A stretch of 12,958 nt of DNA from Candidatus Sericytochromatia bacterium (GCA_036676985.1 JAKFBU010000029.1:1-12958), one strand, 5' to 3'. Shown: positions 1 to 9,541, counted from the first letter of the stretch. Numbers and translations are program-made. Notes: generated from the sequence alone by a model not told the origin.

Positions 1-110
1 CCTGTGGGCAGGTGAACCAAATCCTTGGCTCGCAAGTTACTCTCAACGAGTTCTCTTGCTTGCCTAATCTCTTAGACAAGCCGCACTTGCTACTGGCTCT
101 CACTATCTAG

Positions 111-122
111 TTGTCAAGGTCC
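111..122 (-). promoter_or_regulatory. boxA-like rRNA antitermination motif GGACCTTGACAA
   Basis: The - strand reads GGACCTTGACAACTAGATAGTG, which resembles the cyanobacterial-type rrn boxA (GAACCTTGAAAA). It lies just downstream of a boxB-like hairpin. Confidence 0.6.
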
Positions 123-138
123 GTTGGTTTCGCTCGTT

Positions 139-155
139 GGCGGTTTGTGTCCGCC
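139..155 (-). promoter_or_regulatory. boxB-like hairpin
   Basis: The - strand reads GGCGG-ACACAAA-CCGCC: a 5-bp GC stem with an A-rich loop, between the promoter and boxA. Confidence 0.5.
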
Positions 156-166
156 GCAGAGTTTTT

Positions 167-195
167 ACTTTATCGCAGGGTTTCGTTTGTGTCAA
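167..195 (-). promoter_or_regulatory. sigma70-type promoter (proximal, rrn P2-like)
   Basis: TTGACA (195-190), a 17-bp spacer and TAAAGT (172-167). An AT-rich UP-element-like tract AAAAATCTTTTAATC lies at 215-201. Confidence 0.8.
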
Positions 196-259
196 GCCCA
201 GATTAAAAGATTTTTGGGTGGACGTCGCGACACGGGGCTGAAACCTCCACGGGAGGCAC

Positions 260-289
260 ACTATAGCAGGTTAAGGGGGTGGCATGCAA
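260..289 (-). promoter_or_regulatory. sigma70-type promoter (distal, rrn P1-like) with extended -10
   Basis: TTGCAT (289-284), an 18-bp spacer and TG-C-TATAGT (-10 at 265-260). Confidence 0.6.
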
Positions 290-363
290 GTCGCGGGAGG
301 CATGTCGCGAGCGACGACTTCGCCGAACCCTGATCGGATCTCGGTCGAGGCGTGGACGGTCGG

Positions 364-392
364 TTGACGATGCAAACGGGATCCGGTACGAT
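364..392 (+). promoter_or_regulatory. sigma70-type promoter of rpoB-rpoC
   Basis: TTGACG (364-369), a 17-bp spacer and TACGAT (387-392), about 130 nt upstream of the rpoB start. Confidence 0.7.
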
Positions 393-522
393 AGCTATTC
401 TACTTTTGGCCAACTTGTATTCTTTAATTTGACCAAAACGAATGAGGCAAGTGTTGCCCGGAAGGGCCGCGCTTTGCCGTCTTGCTGTCTGTTAGGGAAC
501 GACTACTTTAAGGGTGGTGTCA

Positions 523-3500
523 ATGCCTCAAATTGCCGGTGAACGGGTAAACGTTTACCCCGGTTCCCCTTCCCTCTCTTCCAACCTGCCGGACCTGATC
601 GAGATCCAGAAGCGGTCTTTCGAGTGGTTCTTGCGGGAAGGGTTGAAGGAAGAGTTGCTTTCCTTCTCTCCGATCGTCGACTACAGCAACCGACTGGAAC
701 TTCACTTCCTGACGGATTATACCCTCGGTGAGCCGAAGTATACCGTCGAAGAGTGCCGTTCGCGCGACGCCACGTTTTCCAAGCCCCTCCGCATCCCGGT
801 CCGCCTGATCACCAAGGAGACCGGTGAGGTCAAGGAGCAGGAGATCTTCATCGGTGAGCTGCCGGTGATGACCGACTACGGCACATTCATTATTAATGGC
901 GCTGAGCGGGTCATCGTCTCCCAGATTGTTCGCTCGCCCGGCGTTTACTTCAAGCGCGAGACCGACCCGAGCGGCAAGAAGACCTACTCGGCGACCGTCA
1001 TCCCGAACCGGGGCGCCTGGCTCAAGTTCGAGACGGACGTCAACGACCTGATCTACGTCCGCATCGACAAGACCCGCAAGCTCCTGGCGACGGTGCTGCT
1101 GCGCGCGATGGGCTACCAGAACAGCGAGATGCTGGACCTGTTCCGCCACCGCGAGTACCTCCAGAAGACCCTCGAGGCCGACAAGACCAGCACGATCGAG
1201 GACGCCTTGATCGAGGTCTACAAGAAGCTGCGTCCCGGCGACATGCCCTCCGTCGAGGGTGGTCGCTCGGTCCTGTACTCGCGCTTCTTCGACCCCAAGC
1301 GTTACGACCTCGGCCGCGTGGGTCGCTACAAGATCAACAAGAAGCTCGGCCTGTCGGTGCCCCAGCCGGACCGCGTGCTGGTCAAGGAAGACATCGTCGG
1401 CGCCATCGACTACCTGATCAACCTCAACTACGACATCGGCTCGGTGGACGACATCGACCACCTCGGCAACCGTCGCATCCGCTCGGTCGGCGAGCTCCTG
1501 CAGAACCAGTTCCGGGTGGGTCTGACCCGCCTCGAGCGGATCATCCGCGAGCGCATGACCATCCAGGAGGCCGACACCCTCACTCCGCAGAACCTCGTCA
1601 ACGCCAAGCCGTTGGTCGCGGCCATCAAGGAGTTCTTCGGGTCCTCGCAGCTCTCGCAGTTCATGGACCAGACCAACCCCCTCGCCGAGCTCACGAACAA
1701 GCGTCGTCTCTCGGCCCTGGGGCCCGGCGGTCTGTCGCGTGAGCGGGCGGGCTTCGCGGTGCGCGACATCCACCCCTCGCACCACGGCCGCATCTGCCCC
1801 ATCGAGACGCCGGAAGGCCCGAACGCGGGTCTGATCGGTTCCTTGGCGACCTACGCGCGGATCAACGACTACGGCTTCATCGAGACTCCGCTCAGCCGCG
1901 TCATCAACGGCAAGGTCACGGACCAGGTCGTCTACCTGACGGCGGACGAGGAGGACGAGTACCGCGTGGCGCCGGGCGACACCCCGATCAACCCCGACGG
2001 CACCTTCGTCTCCAAGCAGGTTCCGGTCCGCTTCAAGAGCGACTTCGCCTTCGCGGACGCCACCGAGGTCGACCTGATGGGCGTCAGCCCCATCCAGATC
2101 ATCTCGGTCGCCGCGGCGATGATCCCCTTCCTGGAGCACGACGACGCCAACCGCGCCCTGATGGGCTCGAACATGCAGCGCCAGGCGGTGCCCCTCCTCA
2201 AGGCCGACCGGCCCCGCGTCGGCACCGGCATCGAGGCCCGCGTCGCGCAGGACTCCGGCATGGTGGTGCTCGCCAACAAGGCGGGTGTCGTCACCCGCGT
2301 GACGGCCACCGAGGTCGTGGTCAAGGAGGACGAGAACGGCAAGGAGCGGACCTACCGCCTCCTCAAGTTCCTGCGCTCCAACCAGGACACCTGCATCAAC
2401 CAGCGGCCCATGGTCCGCAAGGGTGAGCGCGTCGAGGCGGGCTCCCCCCTGGCCGACGGTGCGGCCACGCTGCGCGGCGAGATGGCCCTCGGCCGTAACG
2501 TCACCGTGGCGTTCATGCCCTGGGAGGGCTACAACTACGAGGACGCGATCCTCCTGAACCGCCGCCTGGTCCGCGACGACGTCTTCACCTCGATCCACAT
2601 CGAGAAGTACGAGATCGAGGCGCGCCAGACCAAGCTCGGCAACGAGGAGATCACCCGCGAAGTCCCCAACGTCGGTGAGGACGCCCTCAAGGACCTCGAC
2701 GAGCGCGGCATCATCCGCATCGGCGCCGAGGTCGAGCCGGACGACATCCTGGTCGGTAAGGTCACGCCCAAGGGCGAGTCCGAGCACCCGCCCGAGGAGA
2801 AGCTCCTGCGCGCCATCTTCGGCGAGAAGGCTCGCGACGTCCGCGACACCAGCCTGCGCGTGCCGCACGGCGAGAAGGGCTGGATCGTCGACGTCAAGGT
2901 GTTCAGCCGCGAGAAGAACGACGAGCTGCCCCCCGGCGTGAACATGGTCGTGCGCGTCTACATCGCTCAGAAGCGCAAGATCCAGGTGGGCGACAAGGTC
3001 GCCGGCCGTCACGGCAACAAGGGTATCGTCGCCAAGATCCTCCCCGAGGAGGATATGCCGTTCCTGCCGGACGGCACGCCGGTCGACATCGTCCTCAACC
3101 CGCTGGGCGTGCCCTCGCGTATGAACGTGGGGCAGACCTACGAGACGATCCTGGGTCGCGCGGCGGACCTCCTGGGCGAGTACTACGGCGTGGCTCCGTT
3201 CGACGAGCAGTTCGGCGAGACGGCCTCCGACGACCTGATCCGCAGCAAGATGAAGCTCGCCGCGGAGAAGACGGGCTTCGAGTGGCTCGCCGAGACCGGC
3301 AAGGCCAAGCTCTATGACGGCCGCACCGGTGAGGCGTTCGATCGCCCGGTGACCGTGGGCTGCATCTACATGATGAAGCTCGTCCACCTGGTCGACGACA
3401 AGATCCACGCCCGTTCGACGGGCCCGTACTCGCTGGTCACCCAGCAGCCGCTGGGCGGTAAGGCCCAGTTCGGCGGCCAGCGCTTCGGTGAGATGGAAGT

Positions 3501-3813
3501 GTGGGCGCTCGAGGCCTATGGCGCGGCGTACACCCTCCAGGAGATGCTGACCATCAAGTCCGACGACGTCCCCGGCCGCGCCAAGGCGTACGAGGCGATC
3601 GTCAAGGGCAAGAACCTGTCGAAGCCGGGCATCCCGGAGTCGTTCAAGGTCCTCATCCGCGAGCTGCAGAGCCTCTGCCTCGACATGCATGTCGCCAAGG
3701 CCGATGGCACCGAGATCGAACTCTTCGAGGAAGAAGAAGAGTCCCGTCGCGGGCTGCGCACGCAACTCCTCAAGCCGGTCCTGCCGGAATTGGGGGCGGA
3801 AGCCTTCAAGTAA
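523..3813 (+). CDS. rpoB: DNA-directed RNA polymerase subunit beta (1096 aa, compact cyanobacterial type)
   Basis: Motifs [63 protein letters not shown] and [21 protein letters not shown] 523 is preferred over GTG 514 because it follows the SD-like GGTGGTG (513-519). Confidence 0.99.
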   Translation: MPQIAGERVNVYPGSPSLSSNLPDLIEIQKRSFEWFLREGLKEELLSFSPIVDYSNRLELHFLTDYTLGEPKYTVEECRSRDATFSKPLRIPVRLITKETGEVKEQEIFIGELPVMTDYGTFIINGAERVIVSQIVRSPGVYFKRETDPSGKKTYSATVIPNRGAWLKFETDVNDLIYVRIDKTRKLLATVLLRAMGYQNSEMLDLFRHREYLQKTLEADKTSTIEDALIEVYKKLRPGDMPSVEGGRSVLYSRFFDPKRYDLGRVGRYKINKKLGLSVPQPDRVLVKEDIVGAIDYLINLNYDIGSVDDIDHLGNRRIRSVGELLQNQFRVGLTRLERIIRERMTIQEADTLTPQNLVNAKPLVAAIKEFFGSSQLSQFMDQTNPLAELTNKRRLSALGPGGLSRERAGFAVRDIHPSHHGRICPIETPEGPNAGLIGSLATYARINDYGFIETPLSRVINGKVTDQVVYLTADEEDEYRVAPGDTPINPDGTFVSKQVPVRFKSDFAFADATEVDLMGVSPIQIISVAAAMIPFLEHDDANRALMGSNMQRQAVPLLKADRPRVGTGIEARVAQDSGMVVLANKAGVVTRVTATEVVVKEDENGKERTYRLLKFLRSNQDTCINQRPMVRKGERVEAGSPLADGAATLRGEMALGRNVTVAFMPWEGYNYEDAILLNRRLVRDDVFTSIHIEKYEIEARQTKLGNEEITREVPNVGEDALKDLDERGIIRIGAEVEPDDILVGKVTPKGESEHPPEEKLLRAIFGEKARDVRDTSLRVPHGEKGWIVDVKVFSREKNDELPPGVNMVVRVYIAQKRKIQVGDKVAGRHGNKGIVAKILPEEDMPFLPDGTPVDIVLNPLGVPSRMNVGQTYETILGRAADLLGEYYGVAPFDEQFGETASDDLIRSKMKLAAEKTGFEWLAETGKAKLYDGRTGEAFDRPVTVGCIYMMKLVHLVDDKIHARSTGPYSLVTQQPLGGKAQFGGQRFGEMEVWALEAYGAAYTLQEMLTIKSDDVPGRAKAYEAIVKGKNLSKPGIPESFKVLIRELQSLCLDMHVAKADGTEIELFEEEEESRRGLRTQLLKPVLPELGAEAFK

Positions 3814-3821
3814 CCACCCCA

Positions 3822-3879
3822 ACGGGTCCCCTCCCGCGTATACTGCGTTGCACCGCAGCGCGCGGGAGGGTGAACCCGT
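3822..3879. repeat. Long intergenic inverted repeat (stem-loop) between rpoB and rpoC
   Basis: ACGGGT 3822-3827 pairs with ACCCGT 3874-3879. CCCTCCCGCG 3829-3838 pairs with CGCGGGAGGG 3861-3870. CTGCG 3843-3847 pairs with CGCAG 3854-3858. No U-tract follows. Confidence 0.75.
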
Positions 3880-3916
3880 CTCCGGCAGACCATTCTAGAT
3901 AGGGAGATAGATCACT

Positions 3917-6900
3917 TTGTCCGATATGAGTTCGAAGTTCGACTACATCAAGGTCGGCATCGCGTCCGCCGAGCGGATTCTGTCCTGGTCGCGCGGGGAG
4001 GTGACCAAGCCCGAGACGATCAACTACCGCACCCTCAAGCCCGAGCGCGACGGCCTGTTCTGCGAACGGATCTTTGGGCCGGCCAAGGACTGGGAGTGCC
4101 ACTGCGGCAAGTACAAGCGCGTCCGCCACAAGGGCATCATCTGCGAGCGCTGCGGCGTCGAGGTCACCGACTCCAAGGTCCGCCGCTACCGCATGGGCCA
4201 CATCAAGCTGGCCGCCCCGGTCGCGCACATCTGGTACCTGAAGGGCATCCCCTCGTACCTGAGCCTCCTGCTCGACATCCCCCTGCGCTCGCTGGAGGAC
4301 GTCGTCTACTTCAATTCGTACCTGGTCCTCGATCCCGGTAACACCAACCTCGAGAAGCGCCAGACCATCACCGAGGACGACTTCGATACGCTCGAGGCCA
4401 ACGCCGAGGCCGAGTTCGTCGCCAAGATGGGCGCCGAGGCCGTCAAGGAGCTCCTCCACTCGATGGACCTCAACGAGCTCTCCAACGAGCTCAAGAGCGA
4501 GCTGGTCACCTCGACCGGCCAGAAGCGCGCCAAGGCCATCAAGCGCCTGCGCGTCGTGGACGCCTTCCTCTCGGCGGGCAGCCACCCCTCGGCCATGATC
4601 CTCGACGTGATCCCGGTCATCCCGCCCGACCTGCGTCCCATGGTCCAGCTCGACGGCGGCCGCTTCGCCACGTCGGACCTCAACGACCTGTACCGCCGGG
4701 TGATCAACCGCAACAACCGCCTCTATCGCCTCAAGGAGATGGGCGCGCCGGACATCATCATCCGCAACGAGATGCGCATGCTGCAGGAGGCCGTCGACGC
4801 CCTGATCGACAACGGCCGCCGCGGTCGCGCCGTCGTGGGCCCCAACAACCGCCCGCTCAAGAGCCTCTCGGACATCATCGAGGGCAAGCAGGGCCGCTTC
4901 CGTCAGAACCTCCTGGGTAAGCGCGTCGACTACTCGGGCCGTTCGGTCATCGTCGTCGGCCCCAACCTCAAGCTGCACCAGTGCGGTCTGCCCAAGGAGA
5001 TGGCCCTCGAGCTCTTCAAGCCGTTCGTCATGAACAAGCTCGTCGAGCGCGGCATCGTCCAGAACATCAAGAGCGCCAAGAAGAAGATCGAGCGCGGCGA
5101 GACCATCGTCTGGGACATCCTGGAAGAGGTCATCAAGGGCCACCCGGTCCTCCTCAACCGCGCTCCGACCCTGCACCGCCTGGGCATCCAGGCCTTCGAG
5201 CCGGTGCTCGTCGAGGGCCGCGCCATCCAGATCCACCCGCTCGTCTGTACCGCCTTCAATGCGGACTTCGACGGTGACCAGATGGCCGTCCACGTGCCCC
5301 TGTCGGTCGAGGCCCAGACCGAGGCGCGGTTGCTGATGCTCGCCTCCAACAACGTCCTGTCGCCCGCGACCGGTCACCCGATCATCACGCCGACCCAGGA
5401 CATGGTCCTCGGCATCTACTACCTCTCGGTCGAGAACACCACCGACACCAAGGGGCAGGGGATGTACTTCAAGGACTTCACCGATGCGCTCGCCGCCCAT
5501 GCGGCCGGCCTGGTGGGGACCCATGCCAAGATCGCCGTCCGCTTCGACGGTCAGAAGGTCGACATGTACGGGCCGGAGATCCTGGATCTCTTCCCGGAGG
5601 ATCGCCGCGACTTCTTCCGCGCCAAGTTCGAGGCCGGCAAGATCCTCGTGACGACCATCGGTCGCATCATCCTCAACGAGCACGTGCCCGACAGCTTCCC
5701 CTTCTACAACGTCATCGTCGACAAGAAGGTCCTGGGCCGCATCATCATGCGCGCCTTCAACGAGATCTCGTCGGCGGCGGCCGCGGAGCTGGCGGACAGC
5801 CTCAAGACGCTCGGCTTCCGCTGGGCGACCCGCGCCGGCGTCTCCATGGCCATCGCGGACCTGACGGTCCCCGAGGACAAGAAGGCGATCCTGCGGGCCG
5901 CCGAGGAGAAGATCGAGGCCTCGCGGCGCGCCTACCTGCGCGGCGAGATCACCGAGGTCGAGCGCCACGCGCACGCCATCGACACCTGGGCGGAGACCAC
6001 CGAGGTCCTTACGGCCAAGGTCGTCAGCGACTTCGATCGCCTCAACTCGGTCTACATGATGGCCTTCTCCGGCGCCCGCGGTAACCTCTCGCAGGTCCGT
6101 CAGCTGGTCGGCATGCGCGGCCTGATGGCCGATCCGTCGGGCCGAATCATCGACCTTCCGATTAAGTCGAACTTCCGCGAGGGTCTGAACGTCACGGAGT
6201 ACGTCATCTCGTCGTACGGCGCCCGTAAGGGGCTGGTCGACACGGCGCTCCGCACCGCCGACTCCGGGTACCTCACCCGCCGTCTGGCGGACGTCGCCCA
6301 GGACGTCATCGTCCGCGACGAGGACTGCCAGACCGACCGCGGCCTCAAGCTCGGCTCGGTCAAGGACGGCGACAGCGTCGTCATCCCGATGATCGACCGC
6401 ATCGTCGGCCGCGTCATCAACGAGGACCTGGTCTCCCGCAAGACGGGCGAGGTCCTCTTGCCCCGCGGCACCATGGTCGTGCCGGCCATGGTCGAGAAGT
6501 TCAAGGAAGCGGATATCGAGACGATCCTCGTCCGCAGCCCGCTGACCTGCCAGAGCAAGCACGGCGTCTGCCGCTACTGCTACGGCTGGAGCCTCACGAA
6601 CAACAAGCTCGTCGACGTCGGCGAGGCGGTGGGCATCATCGCCGCGCAGTCCATCGGTGAGCCCGGCACCCAGCTGACGATGCGGACGTTCCACACGGGC
6701 GGCGTCTTCACCAAGGGGGCCTCCAACACGGCCATCAAGGCCAAGCACGTGGGCACCATGGAGATCGGCGAGGTCGCCACCCGCGAGTTCCGCACCAAGC
6801 ACGGTCAGATCGTCCTCGTCACCGAGCAGGAGACGACCGTCAAGGTCAAGGCCGCGAAGAAGACCCACGAGATCACCATCCCGGTGGGCTTCGAGATCCG

Positions 6901-9412
6901 CGTGGCGGACGGCGACCACGTCAAGGCCGACACCGTCATCGCCGAGAGCATCGTCGAGATGGGTCGCACCTCGCGCAAGAACCTCGAGAAGGGCTTCAAG
7001 GACATCTCGGCCGACATCAGCGGCCAGGTCGAGTTCTCGGGCTTCGCCTCGGAAGAGAAGCGCGATCGCCAGGGCAACGTCTCCAAGACGTCGAACAAGT
7101 CGGGCGTCATCTGGATCCTCCAGGGCGACGTCTTCAACCTGCCGACCGGTGCTGCCCTCAAGGTGACGGACGGCCAGGACGTCACGGAGAACGACGTCAT
7201 CGCCGAGACGACGGTGGCCACCGAGCACGGCGGCCAGCTGCGCATCGGCACGGACGTCGAGCTCGAGACGGTCGGCGGCCAGTCCGTCGTCAAGAGCGGC
7301 CGCGACATCTCGATCGTCACGGCCGAGCTCGCCTGCACCGAGTGCGACGTCCTGCCCGGCAAGAAGGAGCCCATCCTCCGGGTGGGCGCCGAGGGCAAGG
7401 AGCGGACCTACAACCTCAAGGTCGCCGATGGCCAGCGCGTCGAGAGCGATGCCATCATCGCCGAGAGCGTCGAGGAAGGCCACCAGGTGCCTTCGGGCGG
7501 CGAGATCCGCTACATCGACGTCCACACCGCCGAGCGTCGTCTCTTGACCAAGCCGTCGAAGCTCATGTTCATCCCCGAGGAGCGCATCTCGGTCAACAAG
7601 GACATCTCCCTGTTGAACCCGCGCGACAAGAACAAGCCGGATTCCGGCCTGTTCGCCACGGGCGATGCGGTCATGGCCGGCGACGAGGTCGTCAAGGACA
7701 TCACCGTCAAGAACAACGGCGTGCTCGAGGTCGTCGAGGACAACAACATCGTGCGTGAGGTCGTGGTCTACCCCGGCACGCGCTACGAGGTCCCCTTCGA
7801 GCTCGAGCTCAAGGTGGAGGACGGCAAGTACGTCGAGCCCGGCACGGAGCTCGCCGAGGGCATCAAGTCCAAGGAAGGTGGCGTCATCCACATCCTGACC
7901 ATGCCCGAGGAGGCCGCCAGCCAGGTCGTCGTCGTGCGCCGGACCATGGAGCTCCACGTGACGCCCGACGTCGAGACGATCCCGTTCGCGGCCTCGTCCG
8001 GCGACATCAGCCTCGAGTTCTTCACCCGCCTCTTGGTCAAGGACGGCGAGCGGGTCAAGAACGGCGCTCCGGTCGCCAAGACCGAGGTGGTCCTCAAGAT
8101 CACCGGCGCTCTGGCCAGCCTGGCTGGCAAGGTCGAGCTGCCCGAGGTGGGCGCCGAGACGCGCGGTGGCTTCAAGATCACGATCCTGGAGTCCATGAGC
8201 CTGCGCCGGGACATCCCGGGCGTGGCCAAGCGCGCCGACCAGCGCGAGCAGACGGTCGTCACCTACCTGCTCGCCAACCCCGGCGACCAGGTGAAGCCCG
8301 GCACCACCGTGATCCGCACCGAGATCCTGAGCCACGCCTCGGGGTCGGTGCAGTTCCCGGCCGGTGGCGCGCCCAGCCGTCTCTTGATCGTCACCCCCGA
8401 CCAGGAGGTCGCGGTCAAGGTCGCCAAGGCCGCCGTGGACGACGGTGCGTTCGTCCAGGAAGGCACCGACCTCGGCGGCGCCACCGCGCCCATCTCGGGC
8501 AAGGTGCGCGTCGAGAAGGGCGCTGTCTACATCCGCCACGCGCGGCCGTACCTCATCTCGGCGGGCACTCAGCTGCTCACCGACGACGGGGACATGGTCC
8601 TGCGGGGTGAGACGCTCGCAACGCTCGTCTACGACCGCGTCAAGACCGGAGACATCATCCAGGGTCTGCCCCGCGTCGAGGAACTGCTCGAGGGCCGCAA
8701 GCCCAAGGAGAGCGCCCTCATCGCGGAGCGCGGCGGCGTCGTCAAGCTCCTCTCCGATCCGGACGAGGCGACCAAGGTCTACGTGGTCACCGACACCGGC
8801 GAAGAGGAGTACGCCCTGCCCCCCGGCGGCCGTCTGCTCGTCATCGATGGCGAGACCATCGAGACCGGCGATCTGCTCACGGAGGGCCCGGTCAACCCGC
8901 ACGACGTGCTGCGGGTCCAGGGCGTCGAGTCGGTCCAGAAGTACCTCGTCGACGAGGTCCAGATGGTCTACCGCTCGCAGGGCGTCGAGATCGCCGACAA
9001 GCACATCGAAGTCATCGTCCGTCAGATGAGCCGCAAGATGCGGGTCGACGATCCGGGCGACACCACGATGCTGCCCGGCGAGCTCGTCGACACCCTCGAC
9101 GTGGAGCGCCTGCAGGCCGAGGCCGCCGATCGCGGCGGTGCCCAGGCCATCGTGCACCCGATCCTCTTGGGTATCACCAAGGCCTCGCTGAACACCGAGA
9201 GCTTCGTCTCGGCCGCCTCCTTCCAGGAGACGACCCGCGTGCTCACGGAAGCCGCCATCGAGGGCAAGAAGGACTGGCTGCACGGCCTCAAGGAGAACGT
9301 CGTCATCGGTCGACTCATCCCGGCCGGTACCGGCTTCTTCCAGGTCGAAGAAGAGGAGGAGGCCCCGATCTCCGAGCCGATGCTCATCGGCCAGCCGGAA
9401 ACGGTGTCGTAG
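3917..9412 (+). CDS. rpoC: DNA-directed RNA polymerase subunit beta-prime, unsplit (RpoC1 + RpoC2 equivalents in one ORF), with a large SI3 insertion; 1831 aa
   Basis: N-terminal Zn ribbon CHC...CERC; catalytic NADFDGD (5258-5278); bridge helix [23 protein letters not shown]; second Zn site; trigger loop [16 protein letters not shown] ... [14 protein letters not shown]; C-terminal [16 protein letters not shown] and [17 protein letters not shown]. The TTG start follows the SD AGGGAG (3901-3906); ATG 3926 is an alternative. Confidence 0.99.
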   Translation: MSDMSSKFDYIKVGIASAERILSWSRGEVTKPETINYRTLKPERDGLFCERIFGPAKDWECHCGKYKRVRHKGIICERCGVEVTDSKVRRYRMGHIKLAAPVAHIWYLKGIPSYLSLLLDIPLRSLEDVVYFNSYLVLDPGNTNLEKRQTITEDDFDTLEANAEAEFVAKMGAEAVKELLHSMDLNELSNELKSELVTSTGQKRAKAIKRLRVVDAFLSAGSHPSAMILDVIPVIPPDLRPMVQLDGGRFATSDLNDLYRRVINRNNRLYRLKEMGAPDIIIRNEMRMLQEAVDALIDNGRRGRAVVGPNNRPLKSLSDIIEGKQGRFRQNLLGKRVDYSGRSVIVVGPNLKLHQCGLPKEMALELFKPFVMNKLVERGIVQNIKSAKKKIERGETIVWDILEEVIKGHPVLLNRAPTLHRLGIQAFEPVLVEGRAIQIHPLVCTAFNADFDGDQMAVHVPLSVEAQTEARLLMLASNNVLSPATGHPIITPTQDMVLGIYYLSVENTTDTKGQGMYFKDFTDALAAHAAGLVGTHAKIAVRFDGQKVDMYGPEILDLFPEDRRDFFRAKFEAGKILVTTIGRIILNEHVPDSFPFYNVIVDKKVLGRIIMRAFNEISSAAAAELADSLKTLGFRWATRAGVSMAIADLTVPEDKKAILRAAEEKIEASRRAYLRGEITEVERHAHAIDTWAETTEVLTAKVVSDFDRLNSVYMMAFSGARGNLSQVRQLVGMRGLMADPSGRIIDLPIKSNFREGLNVTEYVISSYGARKGLVDTALRTADSGYLTRRLADVAQDVIVRDEDCQTDRGLKLGSVKDGDSVVIPMIDRIVGRVINEDLVSRKTGEVLLPRGTMVVPAMVEKFKEADIETILVRSPLTCQSKHGVCRYCYGWSLTNNKLVDVGEAVGIIAAQSIGEPGTQLTMRTFHTGGVFTKGASNTAIKAKHVGTMEIGEVATREFRTKHGQIVLVTEQETTVKVKAAKKTHEITIPVGFEIRVADGDHVKADTVIAESIVEMGRTSRKNLEKGFKDISADISGQVEFSGFASEEKRDRQGNVSKTSNKSGVIWILQGDVFNLPTGAALKVTDGQDVTENDVIAETTVATEHGGQLRIGTDVELETVGGQSVVKSGRDISIVTAELACTECDVLPGKKEPILRVGAEGKERTYNLKVADGQRVESDAIIAESVEEGHQVPSGGEIRYIDVHTAERRLLTKPSKLMFIPEERISVNKDISLLNPRDKNKPDSGLFATGDAVMAGDEVVKDITVKNNGVLEVVEDNNIVREVVVYPGTRYEVPFELELKVEDGKYVEPGTELAEGIKSKEGGVIHILTMPEEAASQVVVVRRTMELHVTPDVETIPFAASSGDISLEFFTRLLVKDGERVKNGAPVAKTEVVLKITGALASLAGKVELPEVGAETRGGFKITILESMSLRRDIPGVAKRADQREQTVVTYLLANPGDQVKPGTTVIRTEILSHASGSVQFPAGGAPSRLLIVTPDQEVAVKVAKAAVDDGAFVQEGTDLGGATAPISGKVRVEKGAVYIRHARPYLISAGTQLLTDDGDMVLRGETLATLVYDRVKTGDIIQGLPRVEELLEGRKPKESALIAERGGVVKLLSDPDEATKVYVVTDTGEEEYALPPGGRLLVIDGETIETGDLLTEGPVNPHDVLRVQGVESVQKYLVDEVQMVYRSQGVEIADKHIEVIVRQMSRKMRVDDPGDTTMLPGELVDTLDVERLQAEAADRGGAQAIVHPILLGITKASLNTESFVSAASFQETTRVLTEAAIEGKKDWLHGLKENVVIGRLIPAGTGFFQVEEEEEAPISEPMLIGQPETVS
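6704..8650 (+). other. SI3 (beta-prime trigger-loop) lineage-specific insertion, 649 codons, built of sandwich-barrel hybrid motif repeats
   Basis: It lies between MRTFHTGG (6680-6703) and DIIQGLPR (from 8651). Nine V-x-D-G-x-x-V-x-x-G/D-like cores start at 6902, 7163, 7421, 7652, 7814, 8036, 8273, 8435 and 8579. Confidence 0.9.
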
Positions 9413-9417
9413 CGCGG

Positions 9418-9461
9418 ATGGGAGCGAGGGCAAGGGATTGACTCCCGGTCCTCGCTCCCGT
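9418..9461 (+). repeat. Inverted repeat after rpoC (possible terminator or stability hairpin) overlapping the str promoter
   Basis: GGGAGCGAGG 9420-9429 pairs perfectly with CCTCGCTCCC 9450-9459 (10 bp, extendable with G-U pairs). An inner GGGA/TCCC stem closes the loop TTGAC. Only a weak U-tract follows. Confidence 0.7.
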
Positions 9462-9466
9462 ATACT
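9438..9466 (+). promoter_or_regulatory. sigma70-type promoter of the str operon (rpsL-rpsG-fusA-tuf)
   Basis: TTGACT (9438-9443), a 17-bp spacer and TATACT (9461-9466); each box matches consensus at 5/6. Confidence 0.85.
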
Positions 9467-9541
9467 CCTAGATCGCGCCATTAGTATTAAAGTTAGTTTA
9501 AAGATCCCTTACCGAAGGGCTTACTTTTGGAGGAAAATCCT

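Larger units (their letters stand above)
1..160 (-). other. Probable 5' leader (external transcribed spacer) of an rRNA operon; the 16S gene is expected beyond the left edge of the window
   Basis: Non-coding and lower in GC than the genes. It lies downstream of two strong - strand promoters. It contains a boxB-like hairpin (139-155), a boxA-like motif (111-122) and a multi-segment hairpin at 27-64 (GGC/GCAAG/ACTC pairing with GAGT/CTTGC/GCC). No mature rRNA sequence is visible, so the call is inferred. Confidence 0.65.

Noticed and set aside
89-117. TTGACA on the - strand at 117-112 as a third promoter
   Set aside because: There is no -10 box at 16-18 bp spacing (AGTAGC at 17 bp). It is better explained as part of the boxA-like motif.
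224-310. Three GTCGCG copies (224, 290, 304) in the divergent promoter region
   Set aside because: A short GC-rich word with irregular spacing, compatible with chance.
124-542. Short + strand ORFs 124-333 and 279-542
   Set aside because: They overlap the promoter cluster, lack the codon bias of the real genes and have no recognisable protein features.
6704-8650. The large RpoC insertion as an intein or mobile element
   Set aside because: There are no intein splice-junction residues (N-terminal Cys/Ser, C-terminal His-Asn) and no LAGLIDADG motifs. Its position and repeats match SI3, and its codon usage matches the rest of the gene.
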